From assembly GCA_947624965.1 (NCBI GenBank), contig CANQMN010000005.1:36442-100441 (forward strand): 64,000 bases of DNA. The letters are read 5' to 3'. Position numbers and translations under genes: made by a program. The stretch comes from an uncultured Clostridia bacterium. GTDB taxonomy: Bacteria; Bacillota; Clostridia; Christensenellales; Borkfalkiaceae. Below, in pieces: positions 36,391 to 46,566 of this stretch (its first letter is position 1; each line of letters opens with the position of its first letter). Below the pieces are notes generated by a model. The model ran no database searches. It worked only from the letters and a program-made list of their open reading frames with translations, and was not told the DNA's origin.

Positions 36391-37477
36391 TGCGCGCCCG
36401 CGCGTGAGAAACCACGCCCTTCGGCGCACTTTTCCACCCCCACCCCTTATGAGGGGGAAAGAGAGTGTTCTCCCCACGTTGAGGGGGGGAACGAAGCCAC
36501 TCCCCCCACCCTACCCCTCGGGTGCGGCGGCAGGTACCGCCGCACCCCCCGTACTTCGGCGCAATGCGCCTCGTGCCGCGCTTAGTAGACAATCGTGCGC
36601 GCGGGGCGCGCTTGCCTGCGCTCCCGTCGCGGCGCGCTACTTCGTGCCGCGCTTAGTAGGCAATAGTGCGCGCGGGGCACAGTCCACTGGACTGTTGAGC
36701 AGAACGCGCCGCTCCCCCCTCGCTTGCGAGGGGGGAGGTAAAGAGAACCGACGAGAGGGATATATAGCTACCTTCCCCCTCGCTTGCGAGGGGGAAGGTA
36801 AAAAGGAAAACGCGGGGAGAGAATATATCCACCTCCCCCCTTCCAAGAGGGAGCAAAATCTATCTACCTCCCCCTTCCAAGGGGAAACAAAATATATCCA
36901 CCTCCCCCTTTCCAAGGGGGAGGGTTGGGTGGGGGTTGATTTCCTCACTCGCCTTTCCCCTCTCCTTTCCTCCCCCTCATTGAAAGGAGAGAAAAATAGA
37001 GTGTTCTCCCCTCAACGAGGAGAGAACGAAGCCACTCCCCCTACCCTGCCCTTCCCCCTCGCAACGCGAGGGGGAAGGTAAAGAGAACCGACGCGGGGAA
37101 ACAAAATCTATCTACCTCCCCCTTCCAAGGGGAAACAAAATATATCCACCTCCCCCTTCCCAAGGGGAAACAAAATATATCCACCTCCCCCTTTCCAAGG
37201 GGGAGGGTTGGGTGGGGGTTGATTTCCTCACTCGCCTTTCCCCTCTCCTTCCCCCCCTCATTGAAAGGAGAAAAAATAGAGTGGTCTCCCCTCGTTGAGG
37301 GGAGACCGAAACCACTCCCCCTACCCTACCCTCGGGTGCGGCGGCAGGTACCGCCGCACCCCCCGTACTTCGGCGCAATGCGCCTCGTGCCGCGCTTGGT
37401 CAATAATAGTGCGCGCGGGGCGCGCTTGCCTGCGCTCCCCCTACCCTGCCCTCCCCCCTCGTGAACGAGGGGGGAGG
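36391..37477. repeat. mosaic array of GC-rich palindromic units (right flank / upstream of giant lipoprotein gene)
   Basis: It uses the same unit families as the left array. It also has about 34-bp mini-units (caaaatatatccaCCTCCCCCttccaaGGGGG) and a duplicated compound unit (36854-37046 and 37102-37329). Confidence 0.85.
36607..36719 (+). repeat. 113-bp direct repeat, copy 2
   Basis: It matches 31257-31369 with one A/G mismatch. Confidence 0.9.
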
Positions 37478-37539
37478 TAAGAGGGAACCGACGCGGGAGG
37501 AGGGAAAAACGGCGTGGGAGGAGAGAGCGGCATAAAAAA

Positions 37540-37567
37540 TCCGCGCGGACAGATCTGTCCGCGCGGA
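37540..37567 (-). terminator. rho-independent terminator of clpX
   Basis: The palindrome is TCCGCGCGGACAGATCTGTCCGCGCGGA, followed on the reverse strand by ATTTTTTATG. Confidence 0.7.
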
Positions 37568-37587
37568 ACGGTTTCCCTATTCTTCCG

Positions 37588-38817
<1,230 letters not shown>

Positions 38818-38827
38818 ATTCACTCCG

Positions 38828-39421
38828 TTATTTTTTCTCTACCACGCCGTCGATGAGACCGTATTCCTTCGCCTCGTCGGCGGAGAGATAATTGTCCCGA
38901 TCGGTATCGCGCGCGATCTCTTCAAACGTTTTTCCCGTGTTTTCGGCGAGGATGCGCGTCATCTTCTCCTTGATGCGGAGGATGTGCTCCGCCTGGATCT
39001 GGATGTCGCTCGCCTGCCCCTGCGCGCCGCCGAGGGGCTGGTGGATCATGATCTCGCTGTTTTTGAGGGCGAAACGCTTGCCCTTCGTCCCCGCCGCGAG
39101 AAGAAATGCGCCCATGCTCGCCGCAAGCCCCACGCAGATCGTGGAAACGTCGCAGCGGATGTAATTCATCGTATCGTAGATCGCCATGCCCGCGGAGACG
39201 GAGCCGCCCGGGCTGTTGATGTACAGGCTCACGTCCTTCGTCGGGTCCTTCCCTTCGAGATAGATGAGCTGCGCCACGACGGTGTTCGCCGTTGCGTCGT
39301 CGATCTCTCCGGAGAGAAAGACGATGCGGTCCTCCAAGAGGCGGGAATAGAGGTCGTAGCTCCGCTCGCCGCCCGAGGTGCGCTCCACAACATAGGGAAT
39401 GAGCACGTTCTTTTCCTTCAT
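38828..39421 (-). CDS. clpP: ATP-dependent Clp protease proteolytic subunit
   Basis: 197 aa with INSPGGSV, the [11 protein letters not shown] catalytic Ser context, and IMIHQPLGG. Confidence 0.92.
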   Translation of the reverse strand: MKEKNVLIPYVVERTSGGERSYDLYSRLLEDRIVFLSGEIDDATANTVVAQLIYLEGKDPTKDVSLYINSPGGSVSAGMAIYDTMNYIRCDVSTICVGLAASMGAFLLAAGTKGKRFALKNSEIMIHQPLGGAQGQASDIQIQAEHILRIKEKMTRILAENTGKTFEEIARDTDRDNYLSADEAKEYGLIDGVVEKK

Positions 39422-40786
39422 TTACTTCTCCTCCGTCCCGTTCGCGTCTGCCGCGGGTTTGTTTTCCGCGGGCGCTTCGCTTGCCGCGGGCTCCTCGGTG
39501 TACAACTCGTTGTTCTTCTGCAAGAAGTCGAAGAGTTTGCTGATGATGATGTCGTTCTCGATATATTCGATCTGGCGGGGATCCATCGTCTTTCTGTATT
39601 CTTCCGCTTCCTTGCCCACGCTCTTCGCCTGCTCGGCGACTTTTTCGGAGATCTCCGTCTCTTCCGCCGTGATGTTCTCCGTCTTTATGATCTTCTCGAT
39701 GATGAGCTGGTGCAGGATCTCCTTCCTCGCCTCCGCCTCGAAGTTCTTTTTATACTCCTCGCGCGTCGTTCCGATGTAATTGAGATAGTCGTCCATGCGG
39801 ATGCCCTGTTGCAGGAAATTAGGCTCCATCCTCTTCAAGATGCTTTCCTCCTGACGGTCGAGCATGGCGTCGGGGATCTCCGCGGTCGCGCTCTCCGCGA
39901 TCGCTTCGAGAATGGAATTTTCCGTCTCGTTGACGGAGCGGGAAGCCGCGCGGCGTTCCAACCGCCCGCGCACCTTGGCGCGGTACGCCTCCACGTTCTC
40001 CGCCTGCATCTTCGCCGCGAACGCATCGTCGAGCGGGGGGATGTTTTTCGCCGTGATCTTGTGCAGCGTTACGGTGAACACGGCGGGCTTGCCTTTGAGC
40101 GCCTCCGCCTGATAGTTTTCGGGGAACACGACGTCGATGTCGCGCGTTTCGCCGATGGTCATGCCGACGAGATTCTCCTCGAACCCGGGGATGAACTGCC
40201 CCGAGCCGAGCGTGAGGTCGTACCCCTTCGCCGAACCGCCCTCGAACTCCTTCCCGTCCGTCTTGCCGACGAAATCGATGTTCACGGTGTCCTTCATCTG
40301 CGCGGGACGGTCGGAGACCTCCGCGCTCACGGCGTGGCTCTCGCGGGCGGCGTCGATCGCCTCTTCCACTTCGGCGTCCGTAACAGTATACTCATACTTC
40401 TTGATTTTTATACCCGTGTATTTGCCGATCGTAACGTCGGGCTTTACGGGCGTCGTCGCGACGAGCACGATGTTTTCCTCCGAGAAATCCTCCCCCAGCG
40501 CGACGGAGGGATCGCCGACCGCCGTAAAGGTCTCCTGTTCCTTTTCGAGCACGTCGCCGTAATTCTCCGAGAAGAGGATATTGAGCGCGTCCTCGAAGAA
40601 CAGCGCCCTGCCGTAGTACATTTCGAGCACGTGCTTGGGCGCCTTGCCCTTGCGGAATCCGTTTACGGTATACTTGTTCCTGTTCTCGCGGTACGCCTTT
40701 TCGTTCGCCGCCTTCCACTCCTCGGGGGTAAAGTGCAGCGTGAGCTTTACGGTGCTCTTTTCGGCGTTTGCAACTTCGTAATTCAT
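39422..40786 (-). CDS. tig: trigger factor
   Basis: 454 aa with the N-terminal ribosome-binding motif GFRKGKAP, an FKBP-like middle domain, and an acidic C-terminal tail. Confidence 0.85.
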   Translation of the reverse strand: MNYEVANAEKSTVKLTLHFTPEEWKAANEKAYRENRNKYTVNGFRKGKAPKHVLEMYYGRALFFEDALNILFSENYGDVLEKEQETFTAVGDPSVALGEDFSEENIVLVATTPVKPDVTIGKYTGIKIKKYEYTVTDAEVEEAIDAARESHAVSAEVSDRPAQMKDTVNIDFVGKTDGKEFEGGSAKGYDLTLGSGQFIPGFEENLVGMTIGETRDIDVVFPENYQAEALKGKPAVFTVTLHKITAKNIPPLDDAFAAKMQAENVEAYRAKVRGRLERRAASRSVNETENSILEAIAESATAEIPDAMLDRQEESILKRMEPNFLQQGIRMDDYLNYIGTTREEYKKNFEAEARKEILHQLIIEKIIKTENITAEETEISEKVAEQAKSVGKEAEEYRKTMDPRQIEYIENDIIISKLFDFLQKNNELYTEEPAASEAPAENKPAADANGTEEK

Positions 40787-40932
40787 AGTTCACTCCTAAC
40801 GTTAAGATTTGTAATTTCGCAAGCTATATTTTAGCATAACGGACTCCAAAAGAAAAGCGTTTTTATTTACAAATTTCTTTTTTTCGGTTATAATGGAGAA
40901 GATTTCCGTTTCGGCTTTGCCGTGGAGAACGT

Positions 40933-42555
40933 ATGCCGCAGGACGCTTTTACCCTTCGCCTCGTCGCCAAAGAACTCAACGAAGAGCTCACGGGCGGGCG
41001 CGTCAACAAAATCAACCAACCGGACCGCGAGGAGGTCTCCCTTGTTATATACACGGGAAAACGCACCGTTAAACTCGTCGTCAACGCAAATGCCTCCGAT
41101 TGCGGCGTTTATTTTTGCGACGACGACAGGGAAAACCCCCTCAACGCCCCCAACTTCTGCATGCTCCTGCGCAAACACTTGCAGGGCGCGCAGATCCTCG
41201 GCGTCTCCATGGTCGGCTTCGAGCGCATCTTGAAGATCCGCTTTCTCTGCCTCTCCGATTTCTCCTCGTGCGAGCGGGAACTCTGCGTGGAGGTGATGGG
41301 CAAGTACTCCAACGTCCTCCTCCTCGAACGGGATATTATCCTCGGCGCGATGAAGACGACTTCTCTCGACGAAAACCGCCGCCGCGTCATCCTCGCGGGC
41401 GCAAAGTATACGCTCCCCGCCCCGCAGGACAAAGTGGACCCGCGCGACTTCGCCGCGCTCTCCCGCGTGCTTTCCGCCGCCGAGGGGGACAGGGCGCGCT
41501 ATCTCTTCACGCGCGTCGCGGGGCTCGCCCCCGTAACGGCGGAACAGATCGCCGCGGGCGATACGGGCGGGGACTTCGCGCGGTACGTTTACGACTACAT
41601 CTTTTCCGACGAGATCTCCCCCTGCGCGACGGAGAGCGACTTCTTCGCGCGAACCGTGGCGGGCGCGGTCCCCTACCCCACCCTCTCCGCCGCCCAGACG
41701 GCGTTCTATCGGGCGAAGCGGGCGAAAAAAGCGGAGGACGGGCTGAAAAGGCGGCTCCTCTCCGCCATTTCCGCCGCGCTGAAAAAGCACGAAAAGCGGC
41801 TCGCGCAGGAAGAGGAAAAGCGCAGGGACTGCGCGCTCGCGGAGGAAAACCGCAAAAAGGGAGAACTTCTCACCGCCAATCTCTGGCGGCTTCCGCGCGG
41901 GGAGAAGAGCTGTGAACTGACCGACTATACGGACGGTTCCGCCGTGAAAATTTCCCTCGACGCGCGCCTCTCCCCCGCCGAAAACGCGCAGGCATACTTC
42001 AAAAAATACCGCAAACAAAAGCGCGCGTTGGAAATCCTCGATGCGCAGGAAGAAGAGACGCGCGCGGAGATCGGGTCGCTGTGCGCGCTCCGCGCCGCCG
42101 TCGTAAGCGCGGACGGCACGGAGGACCTTCTCTGCGCGGAAGAAGAGCTTCTGCTCGCCGGGCTGTTGAAGTCGCCCGAACGGGACGGTCGGCGCAAAAA
42201 GACGGCGGAATATCCCTTCCGCGTCTATGAAAAGGACGGCTTCACCGTGCGCGCGGGCAGAAACAATTTGCAGAACGAAAGGCTGGTGCGGCTCTCCGCG
42301 CCCGAGGACATCTGGTTCCACGCACAGCGGTACCATTCCTGCCACGTCGTCGTCAGGACAGAGGGACGCGAAGTTCCCCGCGCCGTGCTGCAATTCGCCG
42401 CGGACGTATGCGCAAAGTATTCGGACGGGGGCGGAGACCGCGTCGCCGTGGACTACTGTCCCGTCCGCCGCGTAAAAAAGCCCGCGGGCGCAAAGGCGGG
42501 CTTTGTTACCTATACCGACCATGAGACGCTCCTCGGCGATCCCGAACACGTGTGA
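40933..42555 (+). CDS. rqcH: ribosome quality control factor RqcH (NFACT / FbpA family)
   Basis: 540 aa. The NFACT-N start is MPQDAFTLRLVAKELNEEL.GGRVNKINQP, followed by a coiled-coil middle and an NFACT-R/DUF814 region (WFHAQRYHSCHVVV). Confidence 0.8.
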   Translation: MPQDAFTLRLVAKELNEELTGGRVNKINQPDREEVSLVIYTGKRTVKLVVNANASDCGVYFCDDDRENPLNAPNFCMLLRKHLQGAQILGVSMVGFERILKIRFLCLSDFSSCERELCVEVMGKYSNVLLLERDIILGAMKTTSLDENRRRVILAGAKYTLPAPQDKVDPRDFAALSRVLSAAEGDRARYLFTRVAGLAPVTAEQIAAGDTGGDFARYVYDYIFSDEISPCATESDFFARTVAGAVPYPTLSAAQTAFYRAKRAKKAEDGLKRRLLSAISAALKKHEKRLAQEEEKRRDCALAEENRKKGELLTANLWRLPRGEKSCELTDYTDGSAVKISLDARLSPAENAQAYFKKYRKQKRALEILDAQEEETRAEIGSLCALRAAVVSADGTEDLLCAEEELLLAGLLKSPERDGRRKKTAEYPFRVYEKDGFTVRAGRNNLQNERLVRLSAPEDIWFHAQRYHSCHVVVRTEGREVPRAVLQFAADVCAKYSDGGGDRVAVDYCPVRRVKKPAGAKAGFVTYTDHETLLGDPEHV

Positions 42556-42702
42556 GCGTTCCGAAAAGGCGCCGCCGTGGACTACTGCCCCGTCCGCCAC
42601 GTAAAAAAGCCCGCGGGCGCAAAGGCGGGCTTCGTTACTTACACCGACTATGAGACGCTCCTCGGCGATCCCGAACACGTGTGAGCGTTCCGAAAAGGCG
42701 CC
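42445..42702 (+). repeat. 129-bp tandem duplication covering the rqcH 3' end and stop
   Basis: Copy 1 spans 42445-42573 and copy 2 spans 42574-42702, with 6 mismatches. Confidence 0.9.
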
Positions 42703-42731
42703 GCCGCCCCCGAACACGGGGCGGCGGCGCC
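42697..42731. terminator. stem-loop between convergent rqcH and metH
   Basis: GGCGCCGCCGCCCC-cgaacac-GGGGCGGCGGCGCC followed by TTATTA. Confidence 0.65.
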
Positions 42732-42743
42732 TTATTACCCTTA

Positions 42744-45077
42744 TTACAGCGATCCCAATTTCTTTACGAATTCGAGCGCGTTCTTCGTATAGTAGTCCGC
42801 GCCGATGCGCGCCGCCGTCTCCGCGTTGAGCACCGCGCCCCCCACGAAGATCTTCGCCCTGCATCCCGCCGCGCGGAGCTTTTCCACCGTCTCCGCCATG
42901 CTCTTCACCGTCGTCGTCATGAGAGCGGAGAGTCCCACCGCGATGGGTCGGTGCCGCTTCTCCGCCGCGACGACTTCCTCGGCGGGGACGTCCTTCCCGA
43001 GATCCACGACGCGGTAGCCGTACGATTCGGCGACCACCTTCACGATGTTTTTCCCGATGTCGTGCACGTCGCCGCGCACCGTCGCAAGGACGACCGTCCC
43101 CTTCTTTTCGCCGCTGCTCTCCGCAAAGAACGCGGACAGCGCGGAAAACGCCTCCTTCGCCGCCTCCGCCGAGGCGACGAGCTGGGGCAGGTAGCGCACG
43201 CCCCGCTCGTATTCCGCGCCCACCTTTTCTAACGTCGCGGCGAGAAGATCGGAAATTTCGAGGGGGGAACGGCGCGCTGTCTCCTCGCGGACGAGCGCGG
43301 CGGACGCCTCTTTCAGACCCCGCTTCACGCAGTCCGCGAGCGTGCGCGCGGGCTCCGCCGCGGAAGGAGGCGGGGAAGCCGTCCCGCCGCCTTGAAGGCG
43401 GATATAGTTCTCCGCGCCGCCGTCCTCGCCCGAGAGCACGGCGAATGCCCGCACCGTCTCCGTCATCCCCCCGTCGAGCGGGTCCATGATGGGCATGTCC
43501 AGCCCCGCGGCGAGCGCGGCGGCGAGAAAGGTGCGGTTGAGGAGCGGACGATCCGGCAAACCGTACGAGACGTTGGAGACGCCCAGCGCGATCTTTACGC
43601 CGAGCGATTTCACGAGGCGCACCGCCTCCAACGTCTCCCGCACGAGGGACTGTTCCGCGGACGCGGTGAGCGTGAGCGTATCGATCATCACGTTGCGGCG
43701 GGGAATGCCGAATTTTTCCGCCGTCTGTACGATCTTCTCCGCGATGGCGACCCGTTCGCGCGCCGTCGCGGGGACGCCGCGCCCGTCCATCGTGAGCCCG
43801 AGCACGACCGCGCCGTATTTCGCGGCGACGGGAAAGACGCGCTCCATCGTCTCGCGCTCCCCGTTCACGGAGTTGATGAGCGGCACGCCGCAGCAATAGC
43901 GCGCGCCCGCCTCCACCGCGCGGAGGTCGGAGCTGTCTATCTGCACGGGCGCATCCGAATATTCCTGTACCGCCGCGATCGCGCGGCGCATGGTCTCCGC
44001 CTCGTCGATCCCGGGGACGCCGACGTTGACGTCGAGCACCTGCGCCCCCGCCTCCGTCTCCTTCATCGCGACGTCGGCGAGATAGCCGAAGTCGCCCGCA
44101 AGGAGCGCCTCCCGCAATCTCTTCTTTCCCGTGGGATTGAGCCGCTCCCCGCAGACGACGACGCGGTCCATCTTCACGAACATGCGCGCCGAACAGACGG
44201 AGGTCTCCTCGGGGACCGTCCGCGCGGCGACGGGACGCCCGCTGAGGTCGGCGATGCGGCGGATGCAGGCGGGCGTCGTCCCGCAACAGCCGCCCAGCAC
44301 GGCGACGCCGTCGGCGGCATAGCCGCGCATCGCGCGCTCGAACGCCTCTTCGGAGAGCGGGTAGCGCGTTCCCCCCGCCTCCGCGACGGGCACGCCGCGG
44401 TTGGGCTGGACGATGACGGGACCGTGTGCGCATGCGAGCATGCGGGAGACGACGGGGCGGAGCTCCTCGGGTCCCGAAGAGCAGTTCACGCCCACCGCGT
44501 CCGCTCCCAGCCCTTCGAGCGTCCGCACGACGATCTCGGGCGAGGAGCCCGTGAGCGTCCGCCCGTTCGCGTCGAACGTCATCGTTGCAAAGACGGGAAG
44601 CGCGCTGTTCTCCTTCACGGCGAGCAGCGCGGCTTTTATTTCGTACAGATCGGAAAACGTTTCGAGGATATACCCGTCCGCGAGCTCCCGCGAGGCGAGC
44701 ACGACTTCGCGGAACGCGTCGTACGCCTCGTCGAAGGAGAGCGTGCCGAGCGGCGCGAGCAACGCGCCCGTGGGTCCGATGTCGAAGAATACCCTCTTCC
44801 CCGCCTCCCGCGCAAGGCGGACCGCCTGTGCGGCGACGTCCGCGATGCGGTATTTTCCGCGGTACTTTATGCGGTTGAGCCCGAATGTGTTCGTCGTAAT
44901 TACGTCCGCGCAGGCGTAGGAACGGTGGATGCGCGCAACGAGCTCGGGGCGGTCGAGATTGAGGTCCTCGGGCACGGGCGCAAGGATGCCCGCGCGCTCC
45001 AATTCGCTCCCCATCCCGCCGTCGAAGATCAGGATCTCTTTTCCGGGGCGAAACACGTTGTTCCCTCCTCTTTCCAT
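42744..45077 (-). CDS. metH: methionine synthase (Hcy-binding, pterin-binding and B12-binding modules, no activation domain)
   Basis: ATG at 45077 follows AAGGAG. It has LIFDGGMGSELE, GGCCGTTP, a pterin-binding region, and the B12 motif DVHDIGKN. The first 168 aa of the 945-aa track ORF are spurious. Confidence 0.85.
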   Translation of the reverse strand: MERGGNNVFRPGKEILIFDGGMGSELERAGILAPVPEDLNLDRPELVARIHRSYACADVITTNTFGLNRIKYRGKYRIADVAAQAVRLAREAGKRVFFDIGPTGALLAPLGTLSFDEAYDAFREVVLASRELADGYILETFSDLYEIKAALLAVKENSALPVFATMTFDANGRTLTGSSPEIVVRTLEGLGADAVGVNCSSGPEELRPVVSRMLACAHGPVIVQPNRGVPVAEAGGTRYPLSEEAFERAMRGYAADGVAVLGGCCGTTPACIRRIADLSGRPVAARTVPEETSVCSARMFVKMDRVVVCGERLNPTGKKRLREALLAGDFGYLADVAMKETEAGAQVLDVNVGVPGIDEAETMRRAIAAVQEYSDAPVQIDSSDLRAVEAGARYCCGVPLINSVNGERETMERVFPVAAKYGAVVLGLTMDGRGVPATARERVAIAEKIVQTAEKFGIPRRNVMIDTLTLTASAEQSLVRETLEAVRLVKSLGVKIALGVSNVSYGLPDRPLLNRTFLAAALAAGLDMPIMDPLDGGMTETVRAFAVLSGEDGGAENYIRLQGGGTASPPPSAAEPARTLADCVKRGLKEASAALVREETARRSPLEISDLLAATLEKVGAEYERGVRYLPQLVASAEAAKEAFSALSAFFAESSGEKKGTVVLATVRGDVHDIGKNIVKVVAESYGYRVVDLGKDVPAEEVVAAEKRHRPIAVGLSALMTTTVKSMAETVEKLRAAGCRAKIFVGGAVLNAETAARIGADYYTKNALEFVKKLGSL

Positions 45078-45649
45078 GTGCAATGCTCCTTTGCGGCGCA
45101 GTCCCCGCACCGCCTTTCCGCCCTCCTCCCGATGCCGACGATCCCCGCCATCGACTTTTGCGGGACCATGAGCCCCGAGGGAAGCAGCGCGATGCCCGTC
45201 TCCTTTTCGGGACGGAGCAACGCGAAAATTTCGCGCACGTCCTCCGAAGGACTGCCGCCGTAGCCCGGGCAGAACCGATCGGTGCGCGCCGCGCCGAACC
45301 TCTCCTCGTATTCGTCGCTCATCGCTTCGAGCAGCGCGCTCGCGGCGGCGTCGAGCACGACGGCGCGGGCAGGATCGCTGCGCATGAGGCGGCGGATGCG
45401 AAGGTCGATCTCCGCGCCGAGCGTCATCGCGCACAGCGCGACGCGCGGACACCCCGCGAAGTACTCCGCATAGGGGCTCTTCCGCAAAAAGGCGGGCGTC
45501 TCGTCGAAGATGCGGCTGACATAGCGGAACCGCTGGACCGCGCGCGCCTCGGCGAGGCACGCTTCGACGAGTTCCCCGCACGCGGGGGGAACTTCTCCGC
45601 GGGCTCCGAGATAGCGGTTCGTCCGCGCGGCGAGGTCAGAAAAATTCAT
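45029..45649 (-). CDS. stand-alone methionine synthase activation (SAM-binding) domain-like protein
   Basis: 206 aa starting at the ATG at 45649, with the PGYGGSP.. pattern. It overlaps the metF stop by 14 nt and the metH start by 49 nt. Confidence 0.65.
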   Translation of the reverse strand: MNFSDLAARTNRYLGARGEVPPACGELVEACLAEARAVQRFRYVSRIFDETPAFLRKSPYAEYFAGCPRVALCAMTLGAEIDLRIRRLMRSDPARAVVLDAAASALLEAMSDEYEERFGAARTDRFCPGYGGSPSEDVREIFALLRPEKETGIALLPSGLMVPQKSMAGIVGIGRRAERRCGDCAAKEHCTWKEEGTTCFAPEKRS

Positions 45650-46505
45650 GGATAATATTGCGGAGCCGCGCAAAGATCTCCCGCGCGACGGAGACGTTGT
45701 TCATCACGTAGAGGTGCACGCCGGGCGCGCCCTTCGCGATGAGGTCGGTGATCTGGTACACGGCGTAATTGAGCCCCAACTCCCGCATGACGGCGGGACG
45801 GGAGGAATAGATCTCCAACATATTGCGGAAGTCCAGCGGCAGTGCGGCGCCGCACATGTTCTTGATCCGCGGGATGTTCTTCGCGCTTACGAGCGGCATG
45901 ACGCCGGGCAGAATGGGCGAACGGACGCCGATCTTTCTCGCCTCGTGCACGAGGCGGTAATAATAGGCGTTGTCGTAAAAGAGCTGGGTGATGAAAAACT
46001 TCGCGCCGCACTCCTCTTTCAGTTTCATGTAGCAGAGGTCGGCGTACAGCGATTCGCACTCGGTATGCCCCTCGGGATAGCACGCCGCGCCGAGGGTGAA
46101 TCCGCGGGGAGAAAGGCGGCGCATGAGGTCGGTCGCATGGGGGAAGTCCTTCCCGAACGCTAGCGTCCCCTCCTCGGGCTTGTCCCCGCGCAGGGCGAGC
46201 ACGTTCTGCACGCCGTGCCGAAGGAGCTCGTCCGCCAACGCGTCCACCTTTTCGGAGGAAGAGGTCCCGCCGGTTATGTGCGCGAGCGCGGGAATGCCGA
46301 GGCGCTCGATGTAAGCCGCGACCTCCGCCGTGCGCCCCGCTTCGGAGCCGCCCGCCCCGTAAGTAACGCTGATAAAGTCGGGCGAGAGCGCGGCAAGCTC
46401 CTTTACCGTCGCAAAAATTTTTTCCGCGTCCGCGTCCTCCCGCTTGGGGGGAAATACCTCAAAGGACAGCGTGCGCTTGCTCTGTAAAATTTCGTCGATC
46501 CGCAT
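45636..46505 (-). CDS. metF: methylenetetrahydrofolate reductase
   Basis: 289 aa with LSFEVFPPK, ISVTYGAGGS and LALRGD motifs. Confidence 0.85.
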   Translation of the reverse strand: MRIDEILQSKRTLSFEVFPPKREDADAEKIFATVKELAALSPDFISVTYGAGGSEAGRTAEVAAYIERLGIPALAHITGGTSSSEKVDALADELLRHGVQNVLALRGDKPEEGTLAFGKDFPHATDLMRRLSPRGFTLGAACYPEGHTECESLYADLCYMKLKEECGAKFFITQLFYDNAYYYRLVHEARKIGVRSPILPGVMPLVSAKNIPRIKNMCGAALPLDFRNMLEIYSSRPAVMRELGLNYAVYQITDLIAKGAPGVHLYVMNNVSVAREIFARLRNIIHEFF

Positions 46506-46566
46506 AACGTCAACCTCGTTTGCCCCATTGTACTACAAAACGCGCGCAAAGTCAAGCGCGGCGCGC

